From a virus (taxonomy: Duplodnaviria; Caudoviricetes): a DNA stretch of 64,000 bases. The translations under genes were made by a program, and so were the position numbers. A model generated the notes under the pieces. The model saw nothing but the letters and a program-made list of their open reading frames with translations. It was not told the origin of the DNA and did not search any database. This document shows, piece after piece, positions 9,177-19,142 of the stretch. The stretch covers positions 64,001 through 128,000 of IMG/VR virus record IMGVR_UViG_3300020037_009644, one strand, 5' to 3'. How positions within the stretch are numbered: position 1 is the first letter of the stretch; the number at the start of each line of letters is the position of its first letter.

Positions 9177-10635
9177 GGTTTTTGATAATTCCCAAATCAC
9201 TACATGTTTTTAGTAAACTATACTTTTCATGGTTTTTGATAACTCCCAACTCAGCCAAATCATTAAATATTTTTAGTAAACTATCCTGAGATGGTTCACC
9301 GTTACCTAATAACTCTCCATCGTCAAAATGAAAATTGTCAATTTCATTTTTATATTCTCCCTCTGTTAAAGAAGAGAGTTTTTCCAATTTTGAATTTACA
9401 TCTTTTGGTTCTTGAAGATACTTTGTAAATCTAAATGGTCCAGAACCTTTCGGGGTCTTTCCGTTAATCGAGTCGAGCGCCTTCTGAGCCTTTTCTTTTT
9501 GGGCAATATGAATTGTTGGGTCGATAAGAGAAACAGGAGCAAGAGCTAATGTTATATCGTCAAATTGTTTGAATAGTTCTACAACTTTCTTCTCTTCAAC
9601 CAGCCCGAGCTCTGTGGCGATTTCGATGAAAGATTTTGTTTCAGAAGGATCTGACAGTCGGAACAAAAGAGTTTCTTTAAGTTGTTTCGCTTTTTTAACA
9701 AGAAGGGCTGCGGCGAAATGATCGCCGCCCAATTTAACCGTCAAAGTTCCAGATTCAACAGCTTTGATATATTCAAAATTGATCTCTTGATATTTGACCT
9801 CGGCAGAAATTAGATCGTCGACGATTTTTTGTTCATTGGCAGATAAATAAAGAGGTTGCGTTGCCAAATGAGATATATTTTTATTTTTCTGGCTTCTCAT
9901 ATTTAATTCATGACGAACGACATTGAGAAAATCTTTTTTGTCTTTCTGAAACTTATCATCTTCAATTTTATCTCGAAGAACTATTTCTTCTTGATTCATC
10001 TTTAAAGAAATAAGGCAAAGATCATCGAAGGCAGAGTTAAGGTTGCATCCATTCCAATTTGTTGCAGAGCAATCTTTCATTACAAATATTTCGAACATCT
10101 TGTTCAGAAGAAAATCCCTTTCTTCTGGGGTGTGACATTTTTCTTCATCCAAAATTTGGAGAAAGACGTTGGGAAGATTTTTCCAATTAGCTTTAAAGAT
10201 CTCTAAATCTGGAGAAGAAACATTGAATTTTGAACTAGCCAAAAGAAGCTCAACAATTGATTTTGATATCGTGGTAAATTTTGATCTATGAAGAAGATTA
10301 TGGCAAATTGATGTTAGATAGGCATATTTTTTTTCATCATTGTCAATTTTAAGATGATTGCGAATAACCTCAGCACAAACAAGATGATTTAGTGAATGAG
10401 AAACTCCAACATTGTTTGTTTTACAGAATTCGATTAGATCTCTAAATAATCCAGCTTGTTTTTGGCTAAAATTAGAAAGAGTATTTTTCGCATCGCTGCG
10501 GCAAAGAAAACCATAATTTGAATATGATTCAACCATTTGATCAATTGTTGGATGGTCAGAGTCACAAAGAAGAATGCTTTGTAAGCTTCTTTCAAAATTT
10601 TGTTCAATTGACGGTGGTGTAAGAGTAAATGTCAT
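9157..10635 (-). CDS. Hypothetical protein (492 aa), possible degenerate HD-like N-terminal region
   Basis: AT-rich long ORF coupled to gmd. HSLNH...ICHNLL loosely resembles an HD domain with HD changed to HN. Confidence 0.7.
   Translation of the reverse strand: MTFTLTPPSIEQNFERSLQSILLCDSDHPTIDQMVESYSNYGFLCRSDAKNTLSNFSQKQAGLFRDLIEFCKTNNVGVSHSLNHLVCAEVIRNHLKIDNDEKKYAYLTSICHNLLHRSKFTTISKSIVELLLASSKFNVSSPDLEIFKANWKNLPNVFLQILDEEKCHTPEERDFLLNKMFEIFVMKDCSATNWNGCNLNSAFDDLCLISLKMNQEEIVLRDKIEDDKFQKDKKDFLNVVRHELNMRSQKNKNISHLATQPLYLSANEQKIVDDLISAEVKYQEINFEYIKAVESGTLTVKLGGDHFAAALLVKKAKQLKETLLFRLSDPSETKSFIEIATELGLVEEKKVVELFKQFDDITLALAPVSLIDPTIHIAQKEKAQKALDSINGKTPKGSGPFRFTKYLQEPKDVNSKLEKLSSLTEGEYKNEIDNFHFDDGELLGNGEPSQDSLLKIFNDLAELGVIKNHEKYSLLKTCSDLGIIKNHDQSTD
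9173..9284. repeat. Imperfect tandem duplication (two ~54-60 bp units)
   Basis: TCATGGTTTTTGATAA(T/C)TCCCAA...TTTTTAGTAAACTAT occurs twice, encoding SLLK...LG(V/I)IKNH twice. Confidence 0.85.
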
Positions 10636-11624
10636 AGATTTTGTAATTCTTGGTTTGCTAGAAATAAATCATGCTCGATCATATCGCAAATCATTTGATC
10701 GAACGAAATTGTTGGTTGCCACCCAAGCTCTTTTCTAATCTTCGAGGAGTCGCCCTCGAGATGAAGGACTTCGGATGGACGAAAAAGTGAAGGGTCGACC
10801 TCGACGTACTCTTCCCAATTGAGATTGAGTTTGTCGAAGACGTATTCTATGAGATCTTGGACAGAGCGAGACTCTCCGGAAGACATCACCCAGTCGTCGG
10901 GTTTATCGGCGGAAATAATTTGAATTAGTCCACAACAGACGTTCCTCGCATCGAGCCAATCTCGTTTGGTGCTTGTGTCCCCGACCAAAAGCTTATTTTG
11001 CAGCCCCAATTTTATTCTTGCAGCTGCGTGAGTCACCTTTCTTGGAAGAAAATCTAAGGACCTTCGGCTGCTCTCGTGGTTGTAAGAGATGGCATTACAA
11101 GCAAAGATTTTATGAGCCTCTCGATAGTTGATTACCGAATGATAAGCAGCAAGCTTCGAGATTGCGTAAGGAGATTTTGGAACCATGTTGGTTAATTCGT
11201 TTTGTGGAGCTGTTCCAATCTCTCCGCCAAAAAGCTCGGAGGTCGATGCTTGCAGAAATCTTGTTTCTGGAGAAAACTGGCGAATAGCTTCGAGACAGTT
11301 CAAAGTTCCGGTGGCGTTGACAGCGAATGAGTGCAATGGATGAGAGAAGCTATACCCGACGTGAGATTGGGCGGCGAGATTGAAGAAGAAATCTGGCTTC
11401 GTTTGACTAACAAGATAGGCTAAAGAAGCCAAATCCGTCAGGTCTCCTTCCCAAATTGAGAAATTAGGATTATCAATGCAGTTTTTGAGGTTGCTAAGAT
11501 TAGGCGTACTAGAGCGTCTGGTTAAGCCGATAACCTTATGATCTTCACAAGAAATCGAAAGCAATTTCTCGACAAGCCAAGAGCCGGTTTGTCCTGTTGC
11601 TCCTGTAACAATGGATGTTTTCAC
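10632..11624 (-). CDS. gmd: GDP-mannose 4,6-dehydratase
   Basis: VTGATGQTGS, RRSS, NLAAQSHV, QASTSELFG, SPYAISK, NHES, RDW, FRPSEV. Confidence 0.96.
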   Translation of the reverse strand: MKTSIVTGATGQTGSWLVEKLLSISCEDHKVIGLTRRSSTPNLSNLKNCIDNPNFSIWEGDLTDLASLAYLVSQTKPDFFFNLAAQSHVGYSFSHPLHSFAVNATGTLNCLEAIRQFSPETRFLQASTSELFGGEIGTAPQNELTNMVPKSPYAISKLAAYHSVINYREAHKIFACNAISYNHESSRRSLDFLPRKVTHAAARIKLGLQNKLLVGDTSTKRDWLDARNVCCGLIQIISADKPDDWVMSSGESRSVQDLIEYVFDKLNLNWEEYVEVDPSLFRPSEVLHLEGDSSKIRKELGWQPTISFDQMICDMIEHDLFLANQELQNL

Positions 11625-12754
11625 GATTCGAATCTCCGAATTTTAACTCGATACATATTCAAGACTTTCAAAATATGATCTTGCTCCTCCGAACTCAATT
11701 GAGGAAAGCTGGGCAGAACAATAACATTATCACTTAATTTTTTGGAAATGGTTTCTTCTCCAAGAAAAATGTTGGGATTGTTATGTAAAAATTTGTGCGA
11801 GCTCAGAGGGTAGAACATTGGGCGAATTTCTATTCCGTGCTCTTTGAAATATTCATTAGCTTTTTCAAAGGTATGGTCTTCGTCGTCAAATCTAACTCCA
11901 AACATCCAGTTGGGATTTTGACAATCATCACTCAATTTTTGAGCATGAACATCAGACATTTGAGAAATAGATTCTCGATATCGAGCGAAGACAGTTTTCT
12001 TTTTTTCAAGAATCGTCGGAGCCTCCTCTAGCTGCTTGAGAAGAATTCCCGCGGCAACATTGGTCATTCGGTAGTTGTACCCGAGTTCCGAATGAATGAA
12101 ACGAGTTTTGGATTGTCCGCAATTGTGAATGCGATAGAGAGTCTCGATAAGAGCGTCGTCGTTGGTTAAGAAGGCTCCACCCTCGCCGCAGGTAACGTTT
12201 TTGTTTCCATAAAACGAGATTGCCGAATTGAGACTTGTCGTTCCGGTGAACTGATCTCCGTATTTCCCAAAAAGACCTTCGCAGTTGTCCTCGACGAATA
12301 CGACGTTGGGGTATTTGACCTGCAATGCGGGGACGTTAATTACGTTGCCGACGTTGTGAACGATGAGGCAAGCAATTTGATTTTTCCCATATGATTTAAT
12401 CAAATCATCTAGCTTAGAGAGATCGTAATTCCATGTTTCAAGATCTGCATCACAGGTTACCAATTGGAATTTTTTATCGTAGAGATAGCCGTTAATGGCG
12501 CTTACGAAAACATTGTTGGGAACAATTAGCTGAGTTATCTCCGGATAGGCAAGGTACAGATGGATAGCGCTAAGATGAACGGCGCAGGTTCCGTTAGACG
12601 TTAACAAAACGTGTTTAACACCAAGCATCTCCTTGAGCTTATCAGAGGCGAGGGATAGAAATTTTCCTTGCGAAGAAATCCATGTTGAATAGCACGCTTC
12701 GTCGGAATATTGGAATGAATTTTCGGATAGATAAGGTCGATAGACTGGGATCAT
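11621..12754 (-). CDS. DegT/DnrJ/EryC1/StrS PLP-dependent aminotransferase (GDP-perosamine synthase-like)
   Basis: WISSQG, SNGT, EDNCE, SFYGNKNVTCGEGG (PLP lysine), LGYNYRMTN, IRPMFYP, LPSFP. Coupled to gmd. Confidence 0.92.
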   Translation of the reverse strand: MIPVYRPYLSENSFQYSDEACYSTWISSQGKFLSLASDKLKEMLGVKHVLLTSNGTCAVHLSAIHLYLAYPEITQLIVPNNVFVSAINGYLYDKKFQLVTCDADLETWNYDLSKLDDLIKSYGKNQIACLIVHNVGNVINVPALQVKYPNVVFVEDNCEGLFGKYGDQFTGTTSLNSAISFYGNKNVTCGEGGAFLTNDDALIETLYRIHNCGQSKTRFIHSELGYNYRMTNVAAGILLKQLEEAPTILEKKKTVFARYRESISQMSDVHAQKLSDDCQNPNWMFGVRFDDEDHTFEKANEYFKEHGIEIRPMFYPLSSHKFLHNNPNIFLGEETISKKLSDNVIVLPSFPQLSSEEQDHILKVLNMYRVKIRRFES

Positions 12755-12782
12755 TTATTTCTTGAATCTTTCAGGACAATGC

Positions 12783-13613
12783 CTAAATACGCCTCAATTC
12801 TTCCAAAAAGACATCTTTTCTTTTGGTTATCTTAAGGTCAGAATAGACCGGAGACCTGTCGGAATAAAGAATATCACCAACATGATCTTCGTCGTTGCGA
12901 TAGCCGAGAGAATTTCCAACAGCGACGGCGAGACAAAAATTACCACCAATTCCAACCATAATGTTTTTCTTAGACCCGGCAAGATAGGCACAATCTTTCC
13001 TGATATTTGCGATGTTTGGTGTTGTTATTCCTAGCTTGGGTATAGTTTTATCTATTATTTTGTCAGCAGGGATGTTTTGGCACAGCTCTTGGTAAATACT
13101 ATAGATATTATCCGTTCCGTAATAAGCATACTCTGGATTGTATTCTATTTCTTTTTCTCCCAGAAACATTATTTTGAGAGGTTTGGAATTTAAAATAGAA
13201 AAAACTTCTTCTTTAATCTCATCCCAAAATTTTCGATGAAAAGACCTAATCTTGGTTGATATGGTTAAGTAAATTTCTTTTGGCAATTCCGTATCGATGT
13301 CGCACAATTCTTTTCGCATCAACGGTCTAATTGGGACGAAGCACTCTTGAGAACAGAGCAGAGATGGATTTCTAAAAGGTTGATTATCATAGGCAACCAA
13401 TTTGTATTTCGGATTTCCGTCAAAAATCAAATGATAAAATTCGGTAATAAAATCAATATATGAAGTATTTCCGCTTCTATAATTGGTAAAAAATGGTTCA
13501 TAAAAAGCCAACTCAATGACGTCGTATTTAAAGGCAACAAAATCAAGTTGAGATTTGACGTGGATCAAATCTCCCAATCCAATTGGTATTGAGATGGCTA
13601 ATTTATTCATCAA
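12783..13613 (-). CDS. Putative glycosyltransferase (GT9-like/GT-B)
   Basis: N-terminal PIGLGDLI motif, C-terminal VGIGGN...LAVA, located in the glycan cluster. Confidence 0.55.
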   Translation of the reverse strand: MMNKLAISIPIGLGDLIHVKSQLDFVAFKYDVIELAFYEPFFTNYRSGNTSYIDFITEFYHLIFDGNPKYKLVAYDNQPFRNPSLLCSQECFVPIRPLMRKELCDIDTELPKEIYLTISTKIRSFHRKFWDEIKEEVFSILNSKPLKIMFLGEKEIEYNPEYAYYGTDNIYSIYQELCQNIPADKIIDKTIPKLGITTPNIANIRKDCAYLAGSKKNIMVGIGGNFCLAVAVGNSLGYRNDEDHVGDILYSDRSPVYSDLKITKRKDVFLEELRRI

Positions 13614-13912
13614 TAGTTCTTGTGTTGAAGCTGAATATTTTTTCCGTCATCGAGGTTCTTTCCATCTAGAGCTGATTGGATCAGTTTGACGATAAGAGTA
13701 TCAACCTCGGCAACCAGATGACTTCTTTGAACGTTAAGATCAGTTGCAGCTTTAAAAACCTCGTAAAGCTTCTCCATACCCTCTCGGGTAGAGAACTCAG
13801 AGAGAAACTCTTCAAAGGTCATACGACGCACAGCATAAAGTTGATCTTGTCTTGTCCAGAGCTTCATGTCAACGGTGATTAATTTATCAATTGCAGATCC
13901 AATGGTATCCAT
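13610..13912 (-). CDS. Small helical protein (DUF4254/DUF6165-like)
   Basis: TIGSAIDKL...KLW...QD...LNVQRSHLVAEVD pattern seen in small proteins of glycan loci. AGGA SD. Confidence 0.6.
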   Translation of the reverse strand: MDTIGSAIDKLITVDMKLWTRQDQLYAVRRMTFEEFLSEFSTREGMEKLYEVFKAATDLNVQRSHLVAEVDTLIVKLIQSALDGKNLDDGKNIQLQHKNY

Positions 13913-13926
13913 ATTTTCCTTTTTCT

Positions 13927-14553
13927 TTATTTGAGTTTTGCCGGAACTCCGATATAAATTCCAGCAGCGTTAATGCTTTTGACGACACAAGCTCCCGCTC
14001 CAATGGTGGCTCCTGAGACGATATTGACCTTCTGAATGGTGCTTGAGTTAATTCCAAAGTAGACCCGGTCTCCTATTCTATTGTTTCCGGCAATGGCAAC
14101 CTGCGGTGCAGTGGTAAAATAGTCTCCACAAATTGTGTCGTGTCCAATTGTCGTTGTTAGATTTAATTGGGTAAAATTGCCCAGCTTGATATTGGTCGTA
14201 ATCAAAGAATTATGACAAATAACGGATCCATATCCAACCGAGGAGCCGTCTCCAATATATGCCGATGGGTGAATGACCTTTGGAAAAAGATTGTTAAGCT
14301 CTTTGTCATTTTGAGGTTTAACGAAATCAATTAATGATTTTGCTATTTTTTCTCTCAGAAAGGGATCTCCAAAAGCGATGACAGCCATATCTCCTTTTTT
14401 AAAGACATCTTGGGTAAAAACCGGCTTACCCATAAAATTAGGTCTTGAAACCAAATCAATAAAAGCAACTGGAGTTGGAAGCAAGGTATCCCTTATCATC
14501 CAATTAACCTCGGAGGCGAAACCTCCAGCTCCGAAAATATAAAGATCACTCAT
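13927..14553 (-). CDS. Sugar N/O-acetyltransferase, PglD/NeuD/PerB family (hexapeptide repeats)
   Basis: IFGAGGFASEV, GDPFLREKI, IHPSA, catalytic IGHD, IGAGACV, GVPAK. Confidence 0.92.
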   Translation of the reverse strand: MSDLYIFGAGGFASEVNWMIRDTLLPTPVAFIDLVSRPNFMGKPVFTQDVFKKGDMAVIAFGDPFLREKIAKSLIDFVKPQNDKELNNLFPKVIHPSAYIGDGSSVGYGSVICHNSLITTNIKLGNFTQLNLTTTIGHDTICGDYFTTAPQVAIAGNNRIGDRVYFGINSSTIQKVNIVSGATIGAGACVVKSINAAGIYIGVPAKLK

Positions 14554-15449
14554 GGCAGAGGTAAGTTTTCCTGAATGATTTTGAAGATAACTTCGGGGTT
14601 ACTAAGATGTTGATTGAAAATTTTAGATTTGTAGATTAGCTTCTGATCAAAAAGATCGTTGAGCCAAAATTGTCGATGATAAGAAAGATTAGAGAAAGAT
14701 AAAAAGTTTTGACCAACTTCGAAAAAATTATTTCGGTTCATGGCGAAGGTAAATGAACCAGATGATCTCCCGACAACCAAATTAGATTTGGTGGTTAAAT
14801 AAGCATTTTCGTTGAGATCAAATCCGGATTTTCCTATGATGTCTTGGCTATAAAAAACATTTTCTTGACTTTTGATCGAGGGGTCTTTGTTTGAGATAAT
14901 AAAACAAAGCTGCGGATATGATGAAGACAGAAGATTAATAATTGGAGCAAATGAAAAATTGGAGGCTTGACCAGAAAGAACATTGCCATTAGAGATAAAG
15001 ACTTTTCTTTCTGAATGACAAGCAATCCAAGAATCAGTATTTACGAGATCAAATTTGGACCAATCGGAAAATCCAGGATAAAAATCTAACGGATTATCGG
15101 AAATGTCAGTAAGAGATGTCTCGAAGTTAGATTTGAGAACTTCATCAAAAGCTGCATAAAGACAATCAAAAGATATTCCAAATCTATTCATAAACCTAAA
15201 GGTATCAGCAGCATACCAGGTATTCCAATACAACACGTCATCTTTTTTGAAAAAGAGCGGCTCGGTCGGACAGCTTTGAACAAGATCTCGATCAAAGCCA
15301 AGGTTGGTGATGTCTTTGAGAACCTCAGGATGATTTTTGTGAGAATAGACAAAAGTGTGCTCTGGAAAATGTTGAACAATCTTGGACACCAAAGATCTTG
15401 AAAGATGGATGTCTCCAAGGTGGAAGTGATTATAGAAAACAATTTTCAT
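14550..15449 (-). CDS. Putative glycosyltransferase (GT9-like/GT-B)
   Basis: NHFHLGDIH N-terminal motif and DLNE...VVGRSSG C-terminal motif. Cluster context. Confidence 0.55.
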   Translation of the reverse strand: MKIVFYNHFHLGDIHLSRSLVSKIVQHFPEHTFVYSHKNHPEVLKDITNLGFDRDLVQSCPTEPLFFKKDDVLYWNTWYAADTFRFMNRFGISFDCLYAAFDEVLKSNFETSLTDISDNPLDFYPGFSDWSKFDLVNTDSWIACHSERKVFISNGNVLSGQASNFSFAPIINLLSSSYPQLCFIISNKDPSIKSQENVFYSQDIIGKSGFDLNENAYLTTKSNLVVGRSSGSFTFAMNRNNFFEVGQNFLSFSNLSYHRQFWLNDLFDQKLIYKSKIFNQHLSNPEVIFKIIQENLPLP

Positions 15450-16042
15450 CGGTGGTCAAGATCCGTGGGGTGAACTGGAAGATATGGACCAGGAACCAAA
15501 AATTTGCTTGATTGATCGTAATTTCTTAATCCGGTAATATGATGATGATATGATTTAATCGTCTTTGATGGGTTGGAAACTTTGTATCCATGATCGTGGA
15601 AAATTCGACAAATGCGATTATCAGATCCTCGAAATCCAAGAACGAATTCACTATCTTTGATAACCTCGTCGGATACTCTTCCTCGCCAGATAAAAGAATC
15701 TTGACTATCGGCGCGACCCATAAAAACGGCAGAGCTTGTTTGCAAATTAGATTGAAGATCCCAACGAGTTAGACACCAAGCTTCGTTGGATTCAAGATGT
15801 TTGGTTAATTGAATTGATTCATCGAAAAAAATATCTGAGTTAGCTATGATATTGATATCATTGGAGCCCGTCATCTTGTTTGCCATTCTAAAGAAATGAG
15901 AAAATAAGATGCGGTCTTGACCTTCAATAATAACAACGTCGATCAATTTATTTTTGTAGTTCTGAATAAAACAATGATCGATTTCTTTTTGCCTCTCAGA
16001 ACTTTTGTCTTGATAATAATTGACGAAAAGATTAATTTTCAT
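15446..16042 (-). CDS. Putative GT-A fold glycosyltransferase
   Basis: IIANSDIFFD (DxD-like), LTRWD, SQDSFIW, GFRGSDNRI, YHHH. Confidence 0.65.
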   Translation of the reverse strand: MKINLFVNYYQDKSSERQKEIDHCFIQNYKNKLIDVVIIEGQDRILFSHFFRMANKMTGSNDINIIANSDIFFDESIQLTKHLESNEAWCLTRWDLQSNLQTSSAVFMGRADSQDSFIWRGRVSDEVIKDSEFVLGFRGSDNRICRIFHDHGYKVSNPSKTIKSYHHHITGLRNYDQSSKFLVPGPYLPVHPTDLDHR

Positions 16043-17019
16043 AGGAGATTTAACATTTCTAGAAGCTCAATTACCCTGGTCTCGTAGGTGTGTTGAGATT
16101 TCACTTTCAAATATCCATTATAACCTATTTCGTTGGCAAGGTCAGGATTTTTGATGCACATGTTAACCTTAGAAATGACCTCCTCAACGGAGTTAGCGAT
16201 TAAAATATCCGAATTATCAGAAAAGTAATTTTGATAATTGGGAAAACGATAAGAGATAACGGGTCTCCCAGACGCCATACAGGTCAATAAACGATCAGAG
16301 AAATAAGAAGAAACATCGTTGTAGTTCGACATCGAGAAGATACAACGGGTCGTATTGTAAACAGAGTTGACTCCCGAGCCGACCAAACTCTTGGTGACCT
16401 GCATGTTATTTGAGTAACCTCTGCCATAAATGGCGAAACGGCTGCCCATTTTTTTCTTAAGCTCCAAAATAAATTTCGTCCTTAGCCCGGCATCGGCAAA
16501 CGAATTGGCTGCATAATAATTTCCGGCAAAGCACAAATCGTGAGTAAATTCTTTTTTATATTGAGGAAAAAAGAGCTCTGGATCGTAGCCGATTTGCCAA
16601 TATTTGATATTTTTACAGCCGGCTTGTTTATACATTTCTAGTTGACCGACGCTAGAGATCAAAGAGACATCCATTGATTCAGAAATTGAAACCATTTCTT
16701 TGGATGCGGTATTTCTAACGTCTCCGCTCCAGTTGGTAAAAATACATTTCTTACCAACAATCGTTGATTTGGCTCGAATCAAAGAATTATTATCAAGAAT
16801 GTTGGTCATTTGCAATTGCATATGAACAAGGTCTGGCTGAAAGTCTCGAACAATGTTGATAAATTCTTGACGGACGGTGTTAACCGATCCAGATTTCTCA
16901 AAGAGATTGTAAAAATCAAATATTCTCAAGTTTACATTTGGAATATTATTAAAAGCTCGATACATTCCCTCTTGAATATTTCCAGAATAATTCAACGGCA
17001 AATAAAGAATTTTGATCAT
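16039..17019 (-). CDS. Glycosyltransferase, CgeB/YkvP-like (GT-B)
   Basis: FQPDLV, GYDPELF, CFAGN, YFSDRLLTCMASG, EIGYNGY...HTYETRV. Confidence 0.85.
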   Translation of the reverse strand: MIKILYLPLNYSGNIQEGMYRAFNNIPNVNLRIFDFYNLFEKSGSVNTVRQEFINIVRDFQPDLVHMQLQMTNILDNNSLIRAKSTIVGKKCIFTNWSGDVRNTASKEMVSISESMDVSLISSVGQLEMYKQAGCKNIKYWQIGYDPELFFPQYKKEFTHDLCFAGNYYAANSFADAGLRTKFILELKKKMGSRFAIYGRGYSNNMQVTKSLVGSGVNSVYNTTRCIFSMSNYNDVSSYFSDRLLTCMASGRPVISYRFPNYQNYFSDNSDILIANSVEEVISKVNMCIKNPDLANEIGYNGYLKVKSQHTYETRVIELLEMLNLL

Positions 17020-19142
17020 GGACAGCCTTTACCGCAAAAGAATTCAGAGAATTTAGATATTAGCTCGGACTCTGAGGTTTCTTTTCGTTTTCCTTTGGTT
17101 TTGTTTGGCAAGATGTGGGCGAGATTAAATAAGATGTCTGTATTAAAAACCACCCCATTAATTTGATCAAGCTCACAAGAAAGATAAGCATGAGATTTTT
17201 CTAAATATTCTGAATTACTGGTAATTATTGGAACGTTCATGCCGATTGCCAAATCATTAATGGATGATTTAGAATTAATCAAATCAAGATCAAGGAGTCC
17301 GGCAGAATTAAGAATCAAAGACGAAATCTTCGACCACGGCAAGAATTCGGATATCTTCTTGACGAAAATGGGTCCGTCTAAATTAGATCCAACGACACAA
17401 AGATTTGGCATGGTTGTTTGCCAAAGATCAAGAAGAGCCCTGGTTACTAATTCATTTTTCTCGAAATAAACAAGGTAATTTTCTTTAATTGATGATTCCT
17501 TGGCGTCAGGGGCTAAAATTGGCTTGGAAAGATAATCAATTGTTAGATCGTGATTTAGCCTGTCTTTTAGATAGAAAAAATTCGCTCTTGATCCAACAAC
17601 TATTCTTTTTCCTTGGTTAAGGATAGCTATGATTTCTTTTTTCAATTCAACCTTGGAGTCCCAGGGATCTAGATAAAGATTATCATGAGGTTTTTTAAGA
17701 GATGTAATACTAGAGAATAAGAAGTTGGATTTTTCATTTGGTTCAGAAAATGAAACGCCTCCCCAAAATGAATTCTTAGAATCTTTGACCCTGATTCCTT
17801 TAACAAAGGGCAGATTTTTAACAATCCATTGTTTACCAGAGAATGTATCGGATTCAATAATTGAATTGAATTCAAAGAGATGATTTTGAGGATCCAAAGA
17901 AAACTTGGTTGACTTACGCGTGCTCTCTCGCACGTCGGCTTGCGGATAAACGGAACCATGTTTGACAGACCCTTTGGTCATCTCTTTAATCAAAGCAAAT
18001 CGATTGACCGTTGGCAAATCTTCTAGAACAACAATTTGTTTGATCAGAATTTCTCCAACACAATCTTCAAGCATGTGTATTTGAAGCTTGGGTGAACTAT
18101 AGCTGACTGGCAGAGTTAACTGAATACTCTTGTTTAAGAATGTTGAATCTATCGTAGCACTAGAAAATTGAGATTGATTATCTGAAGAAAATCCGACATA
18201 TAATCTTCCGTTGCCAGATAATTTCTGAGCGGTCAAAATAACAATATAGCTTCCACCTTTTCTCAATTCAGAGAAAGGAATGTCAAAAGATCCACCTTTT
18301 TTGATAGCAATGAAGTGTTGATTGTTGCTATTTAAATGCTTGGTTAACTTGTTATTAGAATTGAGATGAATTTTATCCAATGATTTTTTTGAATCATAAA
18401 TAACAAGCTGAGAATAGCTTCCGTGATGAACCAAGGAATCATTTTGAGATATTGGTGCTATTGATGTTTTTTGCAATGTCTTTGTAAGATCAAATGAATA
18501 AGGTTTGTTTAAAACTGGAGCTGGCGGCTCTTCTCGATGCTGAATTATTGCCGAGGTTTTAGAGAGAAGTTCTGACGAAGCCTTCAAATGAATTATTTCA
18601 CAACCAACGTGAAATACGAGCTCTCCATTAACTATAGCGACAGCATTGTCTGGAATGGTTTTTATCTCTTCAACAAATTTTGCCTCTGCAAACTTGGCAC
18701 CCTCAACTGCGTAGACCTTATTTCCAAGGAGTTTGATTCCTTTAAAATCTCCACACCGGTTTATGATAGCCTTCCAATTATTAGCCATATGATCTTTTTC
18801 GTTCAATGATTCTGTCGGAGAGTCTAAAGAGAAGCCGACAATTGAAATTTCTCCCAGACTCCCAGAGGGTCTAGAAATTTCTATTTTGTTGTCGTTGTAA
18901 ATAACCGGAATTACCTCTGTATCTTTGGAATAACACGTTAGTTTTTGTCCGTTTACTTCAAAAACACCGTTACCCGAATTCTTTTTGACGTGGAGATTGA
19001 TATTCTCGGTGACCATTGCTGGTAAAACGAACACAACCTTCCCTTGCTTGGACTCGAGGCAGTATCCACCATTTTTAATAGAGCAGGCAAAAGAAGAATG
19101 ATGTAATTTAACCAGGTCTTTGCCAAAAAAGTTAACTGTCAT
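17016..19142 (-). CDS. Multidomain protein: two beta-sandwich-like repeats plus degenerate GT-B C-terminus
   Basis: KxSGNG motif occurs twice in beta-rich segments. C-terminal LAIGMNVPIITSN resembles a GT4 tail lacking EX7E. Confidence 0.6.
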   Translation of the reverse strand: MTVNFFGKDLVKLHHSSFACSIKNGGYCLESKQGKVVFVLPAMVTENINLHVKKNSGNGVFEVNGQKLTCYSKDTEVIPVIYNDNKIEISRPSGSLGEISIVGFSLDSPTESLNEKDHMANNWKAIINRCGDFKGIKLLGNKVYAVEGAKFAEAKFVEEIKTIPDNAVAIVNGELVFHVGCEIIHLKASSELLSKTSAIIQHREEPPAPVLNKPYSFDLTKTLQKTSIAPISQNDSLVHHGSYSQLVIYDSKKSLDKIHLNSNNKLTKHLNSNNQHFIAIKKGGSFDIPFSELRKGGSYIVILTAQKLSGNGRLYVGFSSDNQSQFSSATIDSTFLNKSIQLTLPVSYSSPKLQIHMLEDCVGEILIKQIVVLEDLPTVNRFALIKEMTKGSVKHGSVYPQADVRESTRKSTKFSLDPQNHLFEFNSIIESDTFSGKQWIVKNLPFVKGIRVKDSKNSFWGGVSFSEPNEKSNFLFSSITSLKKPHDNLYLDPWDSKVELKKEIIAILNQGKRIVVGSRANFFYLKDRLNHDLTIDYLSKPILAPDAKESSIKENYLVYFEKNELVTRALLDLWQTTMPNLCVVGSNLDGPIFVKKISEFLPWSKISSLILNSAGLLDLDLINSKSSINDLAIGMNVPIITSNSEYLEKSHAYLSCELDQINGVVFNTDILFNLAHILPNKTKGKRKETSESELISKFSEFFCGKGCP

